Position numbers and translations under genes: made by a program. 64,000 bases of DNA from a virus, in the IMG/VR virus record IMGVR_UViG_3300025289_000028, positions 5,342-69,341 of that record; one strand, written 5' to 3'. Of this stretch, positions 56,079 to 64,000 are shown one piece after another (position 1 is the first letter of the stretch; each line of letters starts with the position of its first letter). A model generated the notes under the pieces. That model saw nothing but the letters and a program-made list of their open reading frames with translations, was not told the origin of the DNA and did not search any database.

Positions 56079-56644
56079 TGTTCTATTTTTAAAATGAATT
56101 TCAAATTATTATTATAAGCTAACAAACAAAATATTATTGTTCCTATATAAAAAAACAATCCCATTATTGCTCTTTCTCCATCACTCATCTTTGTTATATC
56201 TATACTCATTGTACAAAATATAATAATTAAACTAAAACCGAATACTGTAAAAAAATAAAATACAAAAATGGATAATAACTTTTTAAACCAGTTTATAGTT
56301 AAAGATTTTATTTCAATTTCATTATAACGTTTATTTTCAGTATCATACCGCATAGAAACTTGATAACTGCAGTAAAAATAAGTAAGAGCGGTTCCTATAA
56401 GAGAAATTATAAGAAACATAAATCTGGAAGGCGTGCTCCAAAATATTAAATTATAATTTAAAGCAAAAAATGCTGTAGTTATGTATGCAAAAAACATACT
56501 TATAATAGAAGATATAAAAATAGCAATTTTATTTTTTGAGTTCATTTTTTCGAAATTATGTTTAATATCATCTTCAGTATTAATTCCTGTTTTTTCAAAC
56601 AGTACTTTTCTCTCAAGTTTATATGGAAAATGTAGAGTTATCAT
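56075..56644 (-). CDS. multi-pass membrane protein (189 aa); N-terminal ...LERKVLFEK motif
   Basis: Several hydrophobic segments. Confidence 0.5.
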   Translation of the reverse strand: MITLHFPYKLERKVLFEKTGINTEDDIKHNFEKMNSKNKIAIFISSIISMFFAYITTAFFALNYNLIFWSTPSRFMFLIISLIGTALTYFYCSYQVSMRYDTENKRYNEIEIKSLTINWFKKLLSIFVFYFFTVFGFSLIIIFCTMSIDITKMSDGERAIMGLFFYIGTIIFCLLAYNNNLKFILKIEQ

Positions 56645-56647
56645 TGT

Positions 56648-57697
56648 TTAGATATGGCAATCATACACTGATAATAAAGTTTCTTCCGGTAACTCACTGA
56701 TTAATTTGTTGAATTCATTATCCCAAACTTCATTAGATTTTTCATCAGATGCGATTCCCCACCAGCCCATTCTTCCACGTTCAAACCATTCTCCATTTTT
56801 TAAAACAGCAAATGTCACAAAACTTGCATGTCTTTTTATATAAGATTCTTTTGTTTCCGGAATAAAAACTTTATCTTCCATTTCTCCTTTTACTCCATAT
56901 TCAAAATATGGATGATATGATTTACATTCCTTATCGTTTTCATATTTCTCAAGAAATTTATCATAAGTTATAGCACTTTCTTCTAAGCCTTTCTTTGACA
57001 TTTCTACAAAATCAATATCACACTTTCTTGCAGAATCTACACATCCAGCATCAGCTTTTTCTGTTTGCAATCCTGGTTTACCAGTTTTACCGGTAGCTCC
57101 TTCTTTTAATTTTAACATTCCGGTCCAACGTCCACCAAGTGTATACCAATCCCAAGTTGCTTTTTCATTATTCCAATAACCCATACGTCCATCTTCTTCT
57201 TTTTTGTATCCATGATATTCATCCAAAAATTTTTCAAATGAACCATATTTTTCTTTCATAGAAATTTGTTTAGGAGAATCAATTTTTTCAAGTGAAGCAA
57301 AAATTATTTTAATAGGTCTGGATTCTTCATCTTTTATTACATTGATTAATTTCACATATATATCTTCTGAAAATCTTGCATGTTCTGTATTTCTCCAGAT
57401 TTCTTCTGGAAATTCATAATTCACTCTTACTCTATTTCCGGTTATAAATTTGTAACTATGACATGGGTCAGGAGGAAAATCCTTCAATTCTAACTTTCCT
57501 TCTTTTTCAAGAATTTCAAAATCTTCTTTTGTAATTGTTGCATCTACATCGGCATACCATTCACTAATAGTATCTTTTTCCCAGCTTTTATTTACTTCTT
57601 CGGTACAATCTTGAAAATCTATTTTTAAACTTTCATCGAATGGTTTTAATTGCTCTTCTGGGTTATCATTCAAGACTAATACGGTGTAGTGTGACAT
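56648..57697 (-). CDS. hypothetical protein (349 aa)
   Basis: Long minus-strand ORF. Confidence 0.6.
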   Translation of the reverse strand: MSHYTVLVLNDNPEEQLKPFDESLKIDFQDCTEEVNKSWEKDTISEWYADVDATITKEDFEILEKEGKLELKDFPPDPCHSYKFITGNRVRVNYEFPEEIWRNTEHARFSEDIYVKLINVIKDEESRPIKIIFASLEKIDSPKQISMKEKYGSFEKFLDEYHGYKKEEDGRMGYWNNEKATWDWYTLGGRWTGMLKLKEGATGKTGKPGLQTEKADAGCVDSARKCDIDFVEMSKKGLEESAITYDKFLEKYENDKECKSYHPYFEYGVKGEMEDKVFIPETKESYIKRHASFVTFAVLKNGEWFERGRMGWWGIASDEKSNEVWDNEFNKLISELPEETLLSVYDCHI

Positions 57698-57785
57698 ATT
57701 TTTTAGGTTTTAGGTTAATAAATTAATTCCCGACAAAAATAATAAATTTTTCAATATTAAAAAATATATTTATTAACAATTAAGA

Positions 57786-58193
57786 TTATTTTTTAGAATT
57801 GGAAAATTCTTCTAAAATAGCAGTGATATTTTTTCTTCCTGCAGTACTTTGAGAATGCACTTTAAATGCCGGGAGATTAAGATTGTTTGTTTTACAAAAT
57901 TCTATTATCCACTGAGCTGAATGAAATCCTGTAGGAATAGTTGTTAAGGAGTAGTCAAATTCTTTATACCCAGTCTTTTCTCCGATAGTATAGTGTTCAT
58001 CATCGAGATCATGATCAAAAGATATAATTGCTGGCCATTTTCCTTCTGAAAAAAAATTTGTTATAGTTTTAACAAATTCATCATGAGAGCGAACTACAAC
58101 CCATTTCAATTTAAGATAGTCAGTATCTTTTAAAATATTAAAAGCGTCATATGGATGCCGGAAATCATCGAGATAAATATGTAAACTATCCAT
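57786..58193 (-). CDS. hypothetical protein (135 aa)
   Basis: Minus-strand ORF. Confidence 0.5.
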   Translation of the reverse strand: MDSLHIYLDDFRHPYDAFNILKDTDYLKLKWVVVRSHDEFVKTITNFFSEGKWPAIISFDHDLDDEHYTIGEKTGYKEFDYSLTTIPTGFHSAQWIIEFCKTNNLNLPAFKVHSQSTAGRKNITAILEEFSNSKK

Positions 58194-58524
58194 GATTATA
58201 TTTTTCTACCAAAACTTTTCTAACTGCATCTCTATACAAAAAATCAATAATATCTTCTTTAAAGGCTGGTCTTTTTTTAATAGAATCGTATAAATCAGAT
58301 ATTAATTTTTTTTCTCTAAAAACTTCTTCTGCTTTTTCTTTTATTAATTCTTTTATTTGCAAAGAATTTATGTCAAAATCAAGATTAAAGGAATTGATTG
58401 TATTGATAATAGAATCTCCAGTAATTTCAATATAATCTTCTAACCTTAATCCTTTGTAATCTTTCATATGATTAAATATTTCCAAACGCCAAATAACCTT
58501 CCAACTTAGTTTTGGCATCTTCAT
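58186..58524 (-). CDS. hypothetical protein (112 aa); C-terminal ...VRKVLVEKYNHG*
   Basis: Minus-strand ORF. Confidence 0.5.
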   Translation of the reverse strand: MKMPKLSWKVIWRLEIFNHMKDYKGLRLEDYIEITGDSIINTINSFNLDFDINSLQIKELIKEKAEEVFREKKLISDLYDSIKKRPAFKEDIIDFLYRDAVRKVLVEKYNHG

Positions 58525-59428
58525 AAGACATTAATGCTATTTTTTGTTCACCGCTTACTTTGGTAATTGATAAGTAATTACAAATCGTCAAAAATATTTT
58601 CACAACACTATCATCAAATCTTTTTTCATCAACCATAGTAACAAAATCCTTATAAGAAGGAAGTTCTTCACCATTTTGAGCCGTTCCTTCCTTATAGAGA
58701 ACTTTTAATAATTCAGAGTAATTTATCCAATCTTTTTCAAGTTTTTCTTTTTTGGTTTTAACATATTCATTAAAACCATCTTCTTGTGTGTTTTCTATTG
58801 GTTTTATTGGTTCTGAAGGCTCTTTTATTGATTTTACAGGTATCTCTTCTGTTTTAATGAATTTTACCGGTTCTTCGATTGGTTTTACAGGTTCCTCTTC
58901 TGTTTTAATAGATTTTGCTGGTTCTTCGATTTTGTTTTCTAATTTTTCTTCCTTATTTGAACTTGTAATATATTTCATAAGCAAATCAAGAAAACACAAA
59001 GATATAATCGGCAATATAGCTCCGGACAATATTGCAATTATCCTTTTCACAAATATTATATCACTTGCATCATATACGCTAAACCCAAACAATTCAGTAA
59101 AATTCTTAATTAAATTAGAATCAGTAATCATTTTTGTTGTAGTGGTATCGTAGGAATAATAAGTATTCCCCATCATTTGAAACGTTGTTAAAAGGATAAA
59201 AATAGCCCAAACTGTACCTTTATTTATTTTATCCATGGCAACTATCCCAGCCAATGAGGAAAGTGCCCCAAGCTCAAAAACAACAGCAAGAACTATGGAA
59301 ATTGCTTTGTAATTACTAAGCTCAAAAAAACTAACAACATGGAGTGCACTTACCAAACTAACACTAAATGGTACAATCATGAAAGCGATTACTATCCACC
59401 ATGAAGCTTTTTGTTTATTATCTGACAT
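58472..59428 (-). CDS. membrane protein with Pro/Glu/Lys-rich tandem repeats (EEPVKPIEEPVKFIKTEEIPVKSIKEPSEPIKPIE)
   Basis: N-terminal TM helices. The repeats correspond to the DNA tandem repeat at ~58795-58935. Confidence 0.55.
   Translation of the reverse strand: MSDNKQKASWWIVIAFMIVPFSVSLVSALHVVSFFELSNYKAISIVLAVVFELGALSSLAGIVAMDKINKGTVWAIFILLTTFQMMGNTYYSYDTTTTKMITDSNLIKNFTELFGFSVYDASDIIFVKRIIAILSGAILPIISLCFLDLLMKYITSSNKEEKLENKIEEPAKSIKTEEEPVKPIEEPVKFIKTEEIPVKSIKEPSEPIKPIENTQEDGFNEYVKTKKEKLEKDWINYSELLKVLYKEGTAQNGEELPSYKDFVTMVDEKRFDDSVVKIFLTICNYLSITKVSGEQKIALMSYEDAKTKLEGYLAFGNI
58795..58935. repeat. Coding tandem repeat, ~48-51-bp units x ~2.5
   Basis: gattttacaggtatctcttctgttttaatgaattttaccggttcttc / gattggttttacaggttcctcttctgttttaatagattttgctggttcttc. 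Confidence 0.6.
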
Positions 59429-59765
59429 TTTTTAGTTTTTCTTGAAGTTCTTTTATTTGAATGTTGTATTTGTTTATCACATCATCCGGACGTTCAGATG
59501 TCCTAACTATGGCGTTATTAGTGTAAACTACCTCTCTGGCTATTTCTATTGCATTAATCTTTAAAAGAATATCCATCTTCTCAGAAGAAATTTTTAATGA
59601 CAGAATTGAATCAGTCATTATTATTGCTTTCTCCAGTTTATCAATTCTTCGTCCATTTCTTTCGTTGACTGATTTCGTCCCGCAAGTATTTAAGAATGTC
59701 ATAAATCCAAAGGATAGAAGCATTAAAATACCATATTTGTTTAAAAAATCTAATAGTTTTTTCAT
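59418..59765 (-). CDS. hypothetical protein with N-terminal signal/TM (115 aa)
   Basis: Minus-strand ORF. Confidence 0.5.
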   Translation of the reverse strand: MKKLLDFLNKYGILMLLSFGFMTFLNTCGTKSVNERNGRRIDKLEKAIIMTDSILSLKISSEKMDILLKINAIEIAREVVYTNNAIVRTSERPDDVINKYNIQIKELQEKLKNVR

Positions 59766-59789
59766 AATTGTAAATATATCAATAAAAGT

Positions 59790-60464
59790 TTATAATGTCA
59801 ACATTGCCCTAATTGGCCAGTCAACATATTTCTCATAATTTCTTAATCCAATTAATATAGCGTGGGCATAATTTTTCTTTGAAAATGGGTATTTTATGTA
59901 TTCAGGTGAATCATCTTTGTTTTTTTGAAAAACCATATCTCCATTTTTACTTATACTACATGGTAATTCTGTATTTAAACAATAAGTTCTTCTATATGCT
60001 CGTCCTTTATTATACCAAACAATACCATCTGAACTAATAAGACCCGGCATATCATTAAAACTGTGTAATTCTCCTCTTTTGTTTAACCAATGAAATTCTA
60101 TTCCCATAATATTAGTTAAAAAATGAGATTGAACTATAACTTTATTAAACTTAAAATTTTTACGATATGGCTCTCCATTATTATGCCATTCCACATTTAT
60201 CCAAACGCTTGAATTAAAAGAAATTTTAGATGGCATATCATTAAAACTATGAAGGTTTCCGTTTGAATTATACCAACACATTTCGATGTAATTAATAGTA
60301 TAATATAATGTACCTTCTGGGACAGATACATTTGGCTTTCGCCACTTTTCTACAATGACAGAGCGCTCAATAGGAATTTTTAGATCTCTAAATCTGTCCA
60401 AAGCTTCTTTTATTAAGGCTTGTTCTAATAATAATTTTTCCTGTATTTCTGTTAAGATTTTCAT
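59790..60464 (-). CDS. MORN-repeat (YwqK-like) protein; N-terminal ...ERSVIVEK motif
   Basis: Repeated 'W.N.NG.LHSFNDMP' and 'WYNKGRAYR' units. Confidence 0.55.
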   Translation of the reverse strand: MKILTEIQEKLLLEQALIKEALDRFRDLKIPIERSVIVEKWRKPNVSVPEGTLYYTINYIEMCWYNSNGNLHSFNDMPSKISFNSSVWINVEWHNNGEPYRKNFKFNKVIVQSHFLTNIMGIEFHWLNKRGELHSFNDMPGLISSDGIVWYNKGRAYRRTYCLNTELPCSISKNGDMVFQKNKDDSPEYIKYPFSKKNYAHAILIGLRNYEKYVDWPIRAMLTL

Positions 60465-60467
60465 TTT

Positions 60468-61610
60468 TTAATGCAATTCATCATATTCTCTAATGCGAGA
60501 ATAAACACCTTTTAAATGTTGTGTTTTTTCACTATCCGGCTCAGCTGATTTAACATTCTTAAGTTCTGTAATAGATTTCCTTTCTTCTTCTGTTAATGTC
60601 TTTGGAACAAAAATATTTACATAAACCATTTGATCGCCTCTTTGAGAAGGATTATTTATATTAGGAATTCCTTTACCTTTTAAACGTAGGATTTTGCCAG
60701 ACTCTGTTCCTGGCTCTATTTTGACTTTAACGTTTCCATCAACAGTATTTATTTCTAAAGAATCATTCCCAATCACAGCATCATAATAACTAATAAAAAC
60801 ATCAGTTAAAATATTATTGCCTTCTCTTTTAAAAATAGGATGTTCAATCTCTGTTATTTCAATAATAAGACTTCCGTTATTCCCTCCGCCTCTTGCTTCG
60901 TTTCCAACGTTATTAATGTTTAAATTTATTCCTTCTACTGCACCGGCTGGAATATCAAATTCTACTTCATCACTATTCGAAATCATCCCTTGTCCTTTAC
61001 AGGAATTGCATTTTTCTTTAATTTCTTTTCCTTCTCCACCACAATGCTGACAAGTGTATTGTTGAATCATCATTCCCATTTGCGTATTCTGTCTTATTGT
61101 AACAATACCAGTACCATCACATACACTGCATTTTACTATCGATTCTTTATTTTTAGCACCAGTTCCAGAACAGTCTGGACAATTTATTTCTCTTTGTAAT
61201 TTTACTTTTTTATGTGCACCTGTAATTAATTCATGAATAGTTAATGAAATTCTTATTTTTAAATCTCCACCTCTTCTAGTTTTTGTTTGTTGAGCATGTC
61301 TACTACTACCACCTCTAAACCCAAATGATTCAGCATGCCTTCTAAATAATTCATCCGCCATACTGTGAGGATTAAATCCAAAACCACCATCATTAAACAT
61401 GCCATCGTTTTCATATTTAGCTTTCTTTTCTGGGTTGGATAAAATATCATATGCGTTAGAAATTTTTTTAAAAGTATTTTCATCCCCACCCTTATCTGGG
61501 TGATGTTTTTTTACTAATTTTCTATAAGATTGTTTTATTTCTTCTTGAGATGCTGTTTTGTCTACTTCAAGAATATTATAGAGACTTTCTTTTTCAGACA
61601 TATTTTCCAA
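60468..61610 (-). CDS. dnaJ: molecular chaperone DnaJ (type I Hsp40)
   Basis: J-domain with the 'HHPDKGGD' HPD motif, a Gly/Phe region, four CxxCxGxG zinc-finger repeats and a C-terminal domain. Confidence 0.9.
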   Translation of the reverse strand: MENMSEKESLYNILEVDKTASQEEIKQSYRKLVKKHHPDKGGDENTFKKISNAYDILSNPEKKAKYENDGMFNDGGFGFNPHSMADELFRRHAESFGFRGGSSRHAQQTKTRRGGDLKIRISLTIHELITGAHKKVKLQREINCPDCSGTGAKNKESIVKCSVCDGTGIVTIRQNTQMGMMIQQYTCQHCGGEGKEIKEKCNSCKGQGMISNSDEVEFDIPAGAVEGINLNINNVGNEARGGGNNGSLIIEITEIEHPIFKREGNNILTDVFISYYDAVIGNDSLEINTVDGNVKVKIEPGTESGKILRLKGKGIPNINNPSQRGDQMVYVNIFVPKTLTEEERKSITELKNVKSAEPDSEKTQHLKGVYSRIREYDELH

Positions 61611-62520
61611 TTTTTCTATTTAAATAATATATTTCATTTTTTTTAACCCACTCTATTAAACTTAATACTGGTTTGTTAGATATAGCAAAAGAATATATTT
61701 TACCTTTTTGATGTATTTTTTGATTCACATCAACAAATAATGTTGTTTTTAATGTTTCTTTAATCCATTCAAGCATTTTTAATGTGCCTAAAAATGTTAT
61801 TCTTAAATTATTATTAATTTTATATATTGAACCATCCCCATCTAATAACCCAATTATAAATGCTATTTTTTGATTTGAATTTTTTATTGTTGGAGGCACT
61901 GCTGTAAATGTTTTTTTATTAGTAATTAAAAAATTTATTTTTAATTTATTTATTATATTTTTTGAATATATGTCTATAGTTGCTGATTTATGTTCAGTAC
62001 CAAAAGAGTTGTTATCTCTAATGAATATTGGAGCATTAGAATTTATTGTTTTTTTAAAAACTTCTAAATGCTCAACATCTTTACTACTTAATTTTATACT
62101 TAATAAAGAATTAATAGGTTTTACACATCCATCAGCTGATATAAAACCAGCCCAATAACAATTTTCAAGTGAAAAATCATCAAAAAAATTATGATTAACA
62201 TTGTATTTATATTTTTTATAAACAAATCTAGCTTCATTATTTCTCTTCAATCCTAAAAATGTTGCTCTATTTAGAAGAGAACTCCTAGTTCTGTTTTTAA
62301 ATAATTCAATTAATAATCTTGTTGGTTTAAGTGGAAAATTTTCACGTAATAAATCATCCTCATCTTTTGACCATTTAATAGTGCATATACCTAATTTATA
62401 TAATTTAGATTTAACTACACTTATTTTTTTTTCTAATTTTTCTGCTATTTCATTTAATGTGATTTTTTTTACATTTTCTATTAAAAAATCAATTTCTTTT
62501 TCTGTCCATTTCTTTCTCAT
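61594..62520 (-). CDS. LAGLIDADG-family homing-endonuclease-like protein with N-terminal HTH repeats
   Basis: 'AGFISADGCV' and 'IGLLDGDGSIY' are two LAGLIDADG motifs. The N-terminal 'WTEKEIDFLIENVKKITLNEIAEKL' and 'WSKDEDDLLRENF' form HTH/Myb-like repeats. Located between dnaJ and clpP. Confidence 0.7.
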   Translation of the reverse strand: MRKKWTEKEIDFLIENVKKITLNEIAEKLEKKISVVKSKLYKLGICTIKWSKDEDDLLRENFPLKPTRLLIELFKNRTRSSLLNRATFLGLKRNNEARFVYKKYKYNVNHNFFDDFSLENCYWAGFISADGCVKPINSLLSIKLSSKDVEHLEVFKKTINSNAPIFIRDNNSFGTEHKSATIDIYSKNIINKLKINFLITNKKTFTAVPPTIKNSNQKIAFIIGLLDGDGSIYKINNNLRITFLGTLKMLEWIKETLKTTLFVDVNQKIHQKGKIYSFAISNKPVLSLIEWVKKNEIYYLNRKIGKYV

Positions 62521-62604
62521 TTTTTATATTTAATAATAAATATGAAAAAAAAATAAATCTATTACGCTTTATCTAATTATTTAAATTTGTACTTAAAAAT
62601 ATTA

Positions 62605-62649
62605 ATTTTTTAAAAAGGTAAAACGGAATGTTGTATTATACAACACTCC
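62605..62649 (-). terminator. Probable terminator downstream of clpP
   Basis: Minus-strand hairpin GGAGUGUUGUAUA-AUACAACAUUCC (12-bp stem with 1 mismatch) followed by GUUUUACCUUUUUAAAAAA. Confidence 0.55.
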
Positions 62650-62686
62650 GCTTACTTGAGATTTGGTTATTTTTGCTCCCTACCTC

Positions 62687-63409
62687 TTATTTTCTTTTTA
62701 TTAGAACTTCGTCAATTAATCCTTCTCCAACTGCTTGCTCTGCTGAAACCCAATAATCTTTTTGACATTTATTGAATATTGTTTCATAATCCTGTCCTGT
62801 ATTTTTAGAAAGTTTTTCATACAATCTTTTTTCCATTATTTGACATTGTTCATAACTTACTTTTAAATCTTTCATTTTTCCTTCAAATCCAGATGCTAAT
62901 TCGTGCATCATTATTCTTGAACTTGGTAATGCATATCTTTTACCTTTCGTCCCACTTGATAAAAGCATTGTACCCATACTTGCAACAACTCCCATTCCAA
63001 CCGTTTTAATATCACACGAAACAAGCTCGAATGTGTCTAAAATTGCGCTTCCTGAGTCAATTTCCCCGCCCGGACTCATGATATAAAATGTAATATCTTT
63101 TTTACCTTCAGTCATTTCTAAAAACAATATTTGTGCTATTGCAATATTAGAAGTTTCAGTAGTTACCGGATGGCAAAAATAGATTATTCTATCTTTTAAA
63201 AGACGAGAATACACATCATATGATATTAATTGTCCAGAACTTGATTCTTCTATTACACTTGGAGATAGATTTTTAATAGAATGGTCAATTAATTTGTTGG
63301 TCGAACTGGAGATTAGCTTTTTATTTATGTTGGCGCTTTTTCCTGCTATTTCAAATTTTTCAATAATGTTTTGCATATTATATTTTTTAGTTTGTTTATG
63401 TGTTGACAA
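62687..63409 (-). CDS. clpP: ATP-dependent Clp protease proteolytic subunit with a ~60-aa N-terminal extension
   Basis: 'IMSPGGEIDSGSAILDTF...GVVASMGTMLLSSGTKGKRYALPSSRIMMHE' gives the ClpP Ser-His-Asp triad context. Confidence 0.85.
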   Translation of the reverse strand: MSTHKQTKKYNMQNIIEKFEIAGKSANINKKLISSSTNKLIDHSIKNLSPSVIEESSSGQLISYDVYSRLLKDRIIYFCHPVTTETSNIAIAQILFLEMTEGKKDITFYIMSPGGEIDSGSAILDTFELVSCDIKTVGMGVVASMGTMLLSSGTKGKRYALPSSRIMMHELASGFEGKMKDLKVSYEQCQIMEKRLYEKLSKNTGQDYETIFNKCQKDYWVSAEQAVGEGLIDEVLIKRK

Positions 63410-63511
63410 ATGTAATATTTTTTATTGTAAAATAAAATAAATCTTAATAAAATAATAACTATTTCATTTTCTTAAATAATTATCATATTTACATAATATT
63501 ACCTCAAAAGT

Positions 63512-64000
63512 ATGAACGAGGCTAAAATCAGTAAAATGAAAAAAATTATAATATATGGATTATTCGAAGCTAATACACCAGAGGAAATAAAATATATAGG
63601 AAAAACAGAAAGAACAATAAAAGGACGATTAAGTGAACATAAATATATTTCAAAGTTTAAAAAAACCTATAAAGATAAGTGGATGCAGTCTATAATAGTT
63701 AAAGGCGGAAAAATAGATATTAAAATAATTGAAATAGTTAACGAACATAACTGGGAAGAAAGAGAAAGATTTTGGATAAATTTTTACAAAGAAAAAGGTT
63801 GCAAACTAACCAATCTACAAATTGGTGGACAATTTGGACCTCGTGGCGGAGGTAAAATTAAATATTTCATAACTTATGAAGAATGTAAAAAATGGATTAA
63901 CGAAAAATATCCAGATTTAATATTTGAAAGTGATTTCAAAAAAATAAAATATAAATTACCAACTCATATACCGAAATGCCCAAAAGATGTTTTTAAAAAT
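63512..64000 (+). CDS. GIY-YIG homing-endonuclease-like protein; the 3' end runs off the window
   Basis: From ATG 63512: 'KIIIYGLFEANTPEEIKYIGKTERTIKGRLSEH' is a GIY-YIG motif. No stop occurs before position 64000. Not in the ORF track. Confidence 0.6.
   Translation, partial: MNEAKISKMKKIIIYGLFEANTPEEIKYIGKTERTIKGRLSEHKYISKFKKTYKDKWMQSIIVKGGKIDIKIIEIVNEHNWEERERFWINFYKEKGCKLTNLQIGGQFGPRGGGKIKYFITYEECKKWINEKYPDLIFESDFKKIKYKLPTHIPKCPKDVFKN

Noticed and set aside
601-62158. About 60 ORF-track entries lying antisense to, or nested inside, longer co-directional genes. Examples are 601..864(-), 2015..2206(-), 2121..2342(-), 2752..3012(-), 3435..3753(-), 7920..8153(+), 17066..17471(-), 19500..19765(-), 37539..37727(+), 38981..39280(-), 40300..40912(-), 47171..47883, 48308..48889(-), 51798..52561(-), 58752..59153(+), 60817..61489 and 61970..62158(+).
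   Set aside because: These are shadow ORFs typical of AT-rich sequence (few stops on the antisense strand), low-complexity (F/L/I/K-rich) and fully overlapped by better-supported genes.
63440-63480. TTGACA ... TGTAAAAT sigma-70-like promoter upstream of the GIY-YIG gene.
   Set aside because: Spacer length of 18-20 nt is suboptimal, and the host appears to use the Bacteroidota promoter architecture. Too uncertain to annotate.
1-64000. Alternative genetic code with a reassigned stop codon, as in some large Bacteroidota phages.
   Set aside because: Genes are tightly packed and terminate cleanly with standard stops followed immediately by the next ATG. Only one in-frame TGA was found, in the MTase paralog, so a pseudogene or local event is more parsimonious. 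It cannot be excluded without the whole genome.
1-64000. Eukaryotic giant-virus (NCLDV) origin, suggested by AT-richness, many homing endonucleases and a type IA topoisomerase.
   Set aside because: Bacterial-type SSB with the DDDLPF tail, ClpP, RHH regulators, a CRISPR array, ATGA/TAATG translational coupling, rho-independent terminators and a Bacteroidota-type promoter all point to a bacteriophage or prophage.
1-64000. tRNA, tmRNA and other ncRNA genes.
   Set aside because: No intergenic gap long enough and GC-balanced enough to suggest a cloverleaf was seen by eye, so none is annotated. tRNAscan-SE should still be run, since large phages often carry tRNAs.

Overview
The window is visibly AT-rich (roughly 30% G+C by eye, not computed), very gene-dense, and looks like part of a large bacteriophage or prophage rather than a cellular chromosome. 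Positions 1-37,180 are an almost uninterrupted array of about 85 small same-strand ORFs. Their starts and stops abut or overlap (ATGA/TAATG couplings), and most have no recognisable homologues. The rest of the window is a mixed-strand block of replication and housekeeping-type genes: type IA topoisomerase (topA), bacterial-type SSB with a DDDLPF tail, a DnaB-C/RecA-like ATPase, RNase HI, DnaJ and ClpP. Recognisable accessory functions include a RelA/SpoT-type HD small alarmone hydrolase, an RlmN/Cfr-like radical-SAM enzyme, a NADAR (YbiA-like) protein, a Nudix-like protein, a HAD nucleotidase-like protein, a metallophosphoesterase, an SPFH/flotillin protein and a glucosaminidase-type peptidoglycan hydrolase. 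There are at least five DNA/SAM methyltransferase genes, one of them carrying an in-frame TGA. Free-standing homing-endonuclease genes are numerous: two GIY-YIG, two Vsr-like PD-(D/E)xK enzymes with tandem Zn-ribbon modules, one LAGLIDADG, and one isolated NUMOD1 domain. Several of these are preceded by tiny ribbon-helix-helix genes that fall below the ORF-track cutoff. A perfect 4-repeat, 3-spacer CRISPR mini-array (36-bp repeats) sits at 41,604-41,839 with no cas genes in the window. The most unusual signal is a short peptide motif, consensus [T/E]-R-[K/E]-V-L-[I/F/V]-E-K, found in about 28 otherwise unrelated predicted proteins on both strands. It is conserved at the amino-acid level rather than the nucleotide level, and in one case is reached only through a canonical A_AAA_AAG -1 frameshift site. 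Genes lack Shine-Dalgarno sequences, and a TTTG-N18-TAnnTTTG promoter sits upstream of ssb, pointing to a Bacteroidota-type host. I could not detect tRNAs or rRNAs by eye. All calls are from reading the sequence directly; no database searches were run.
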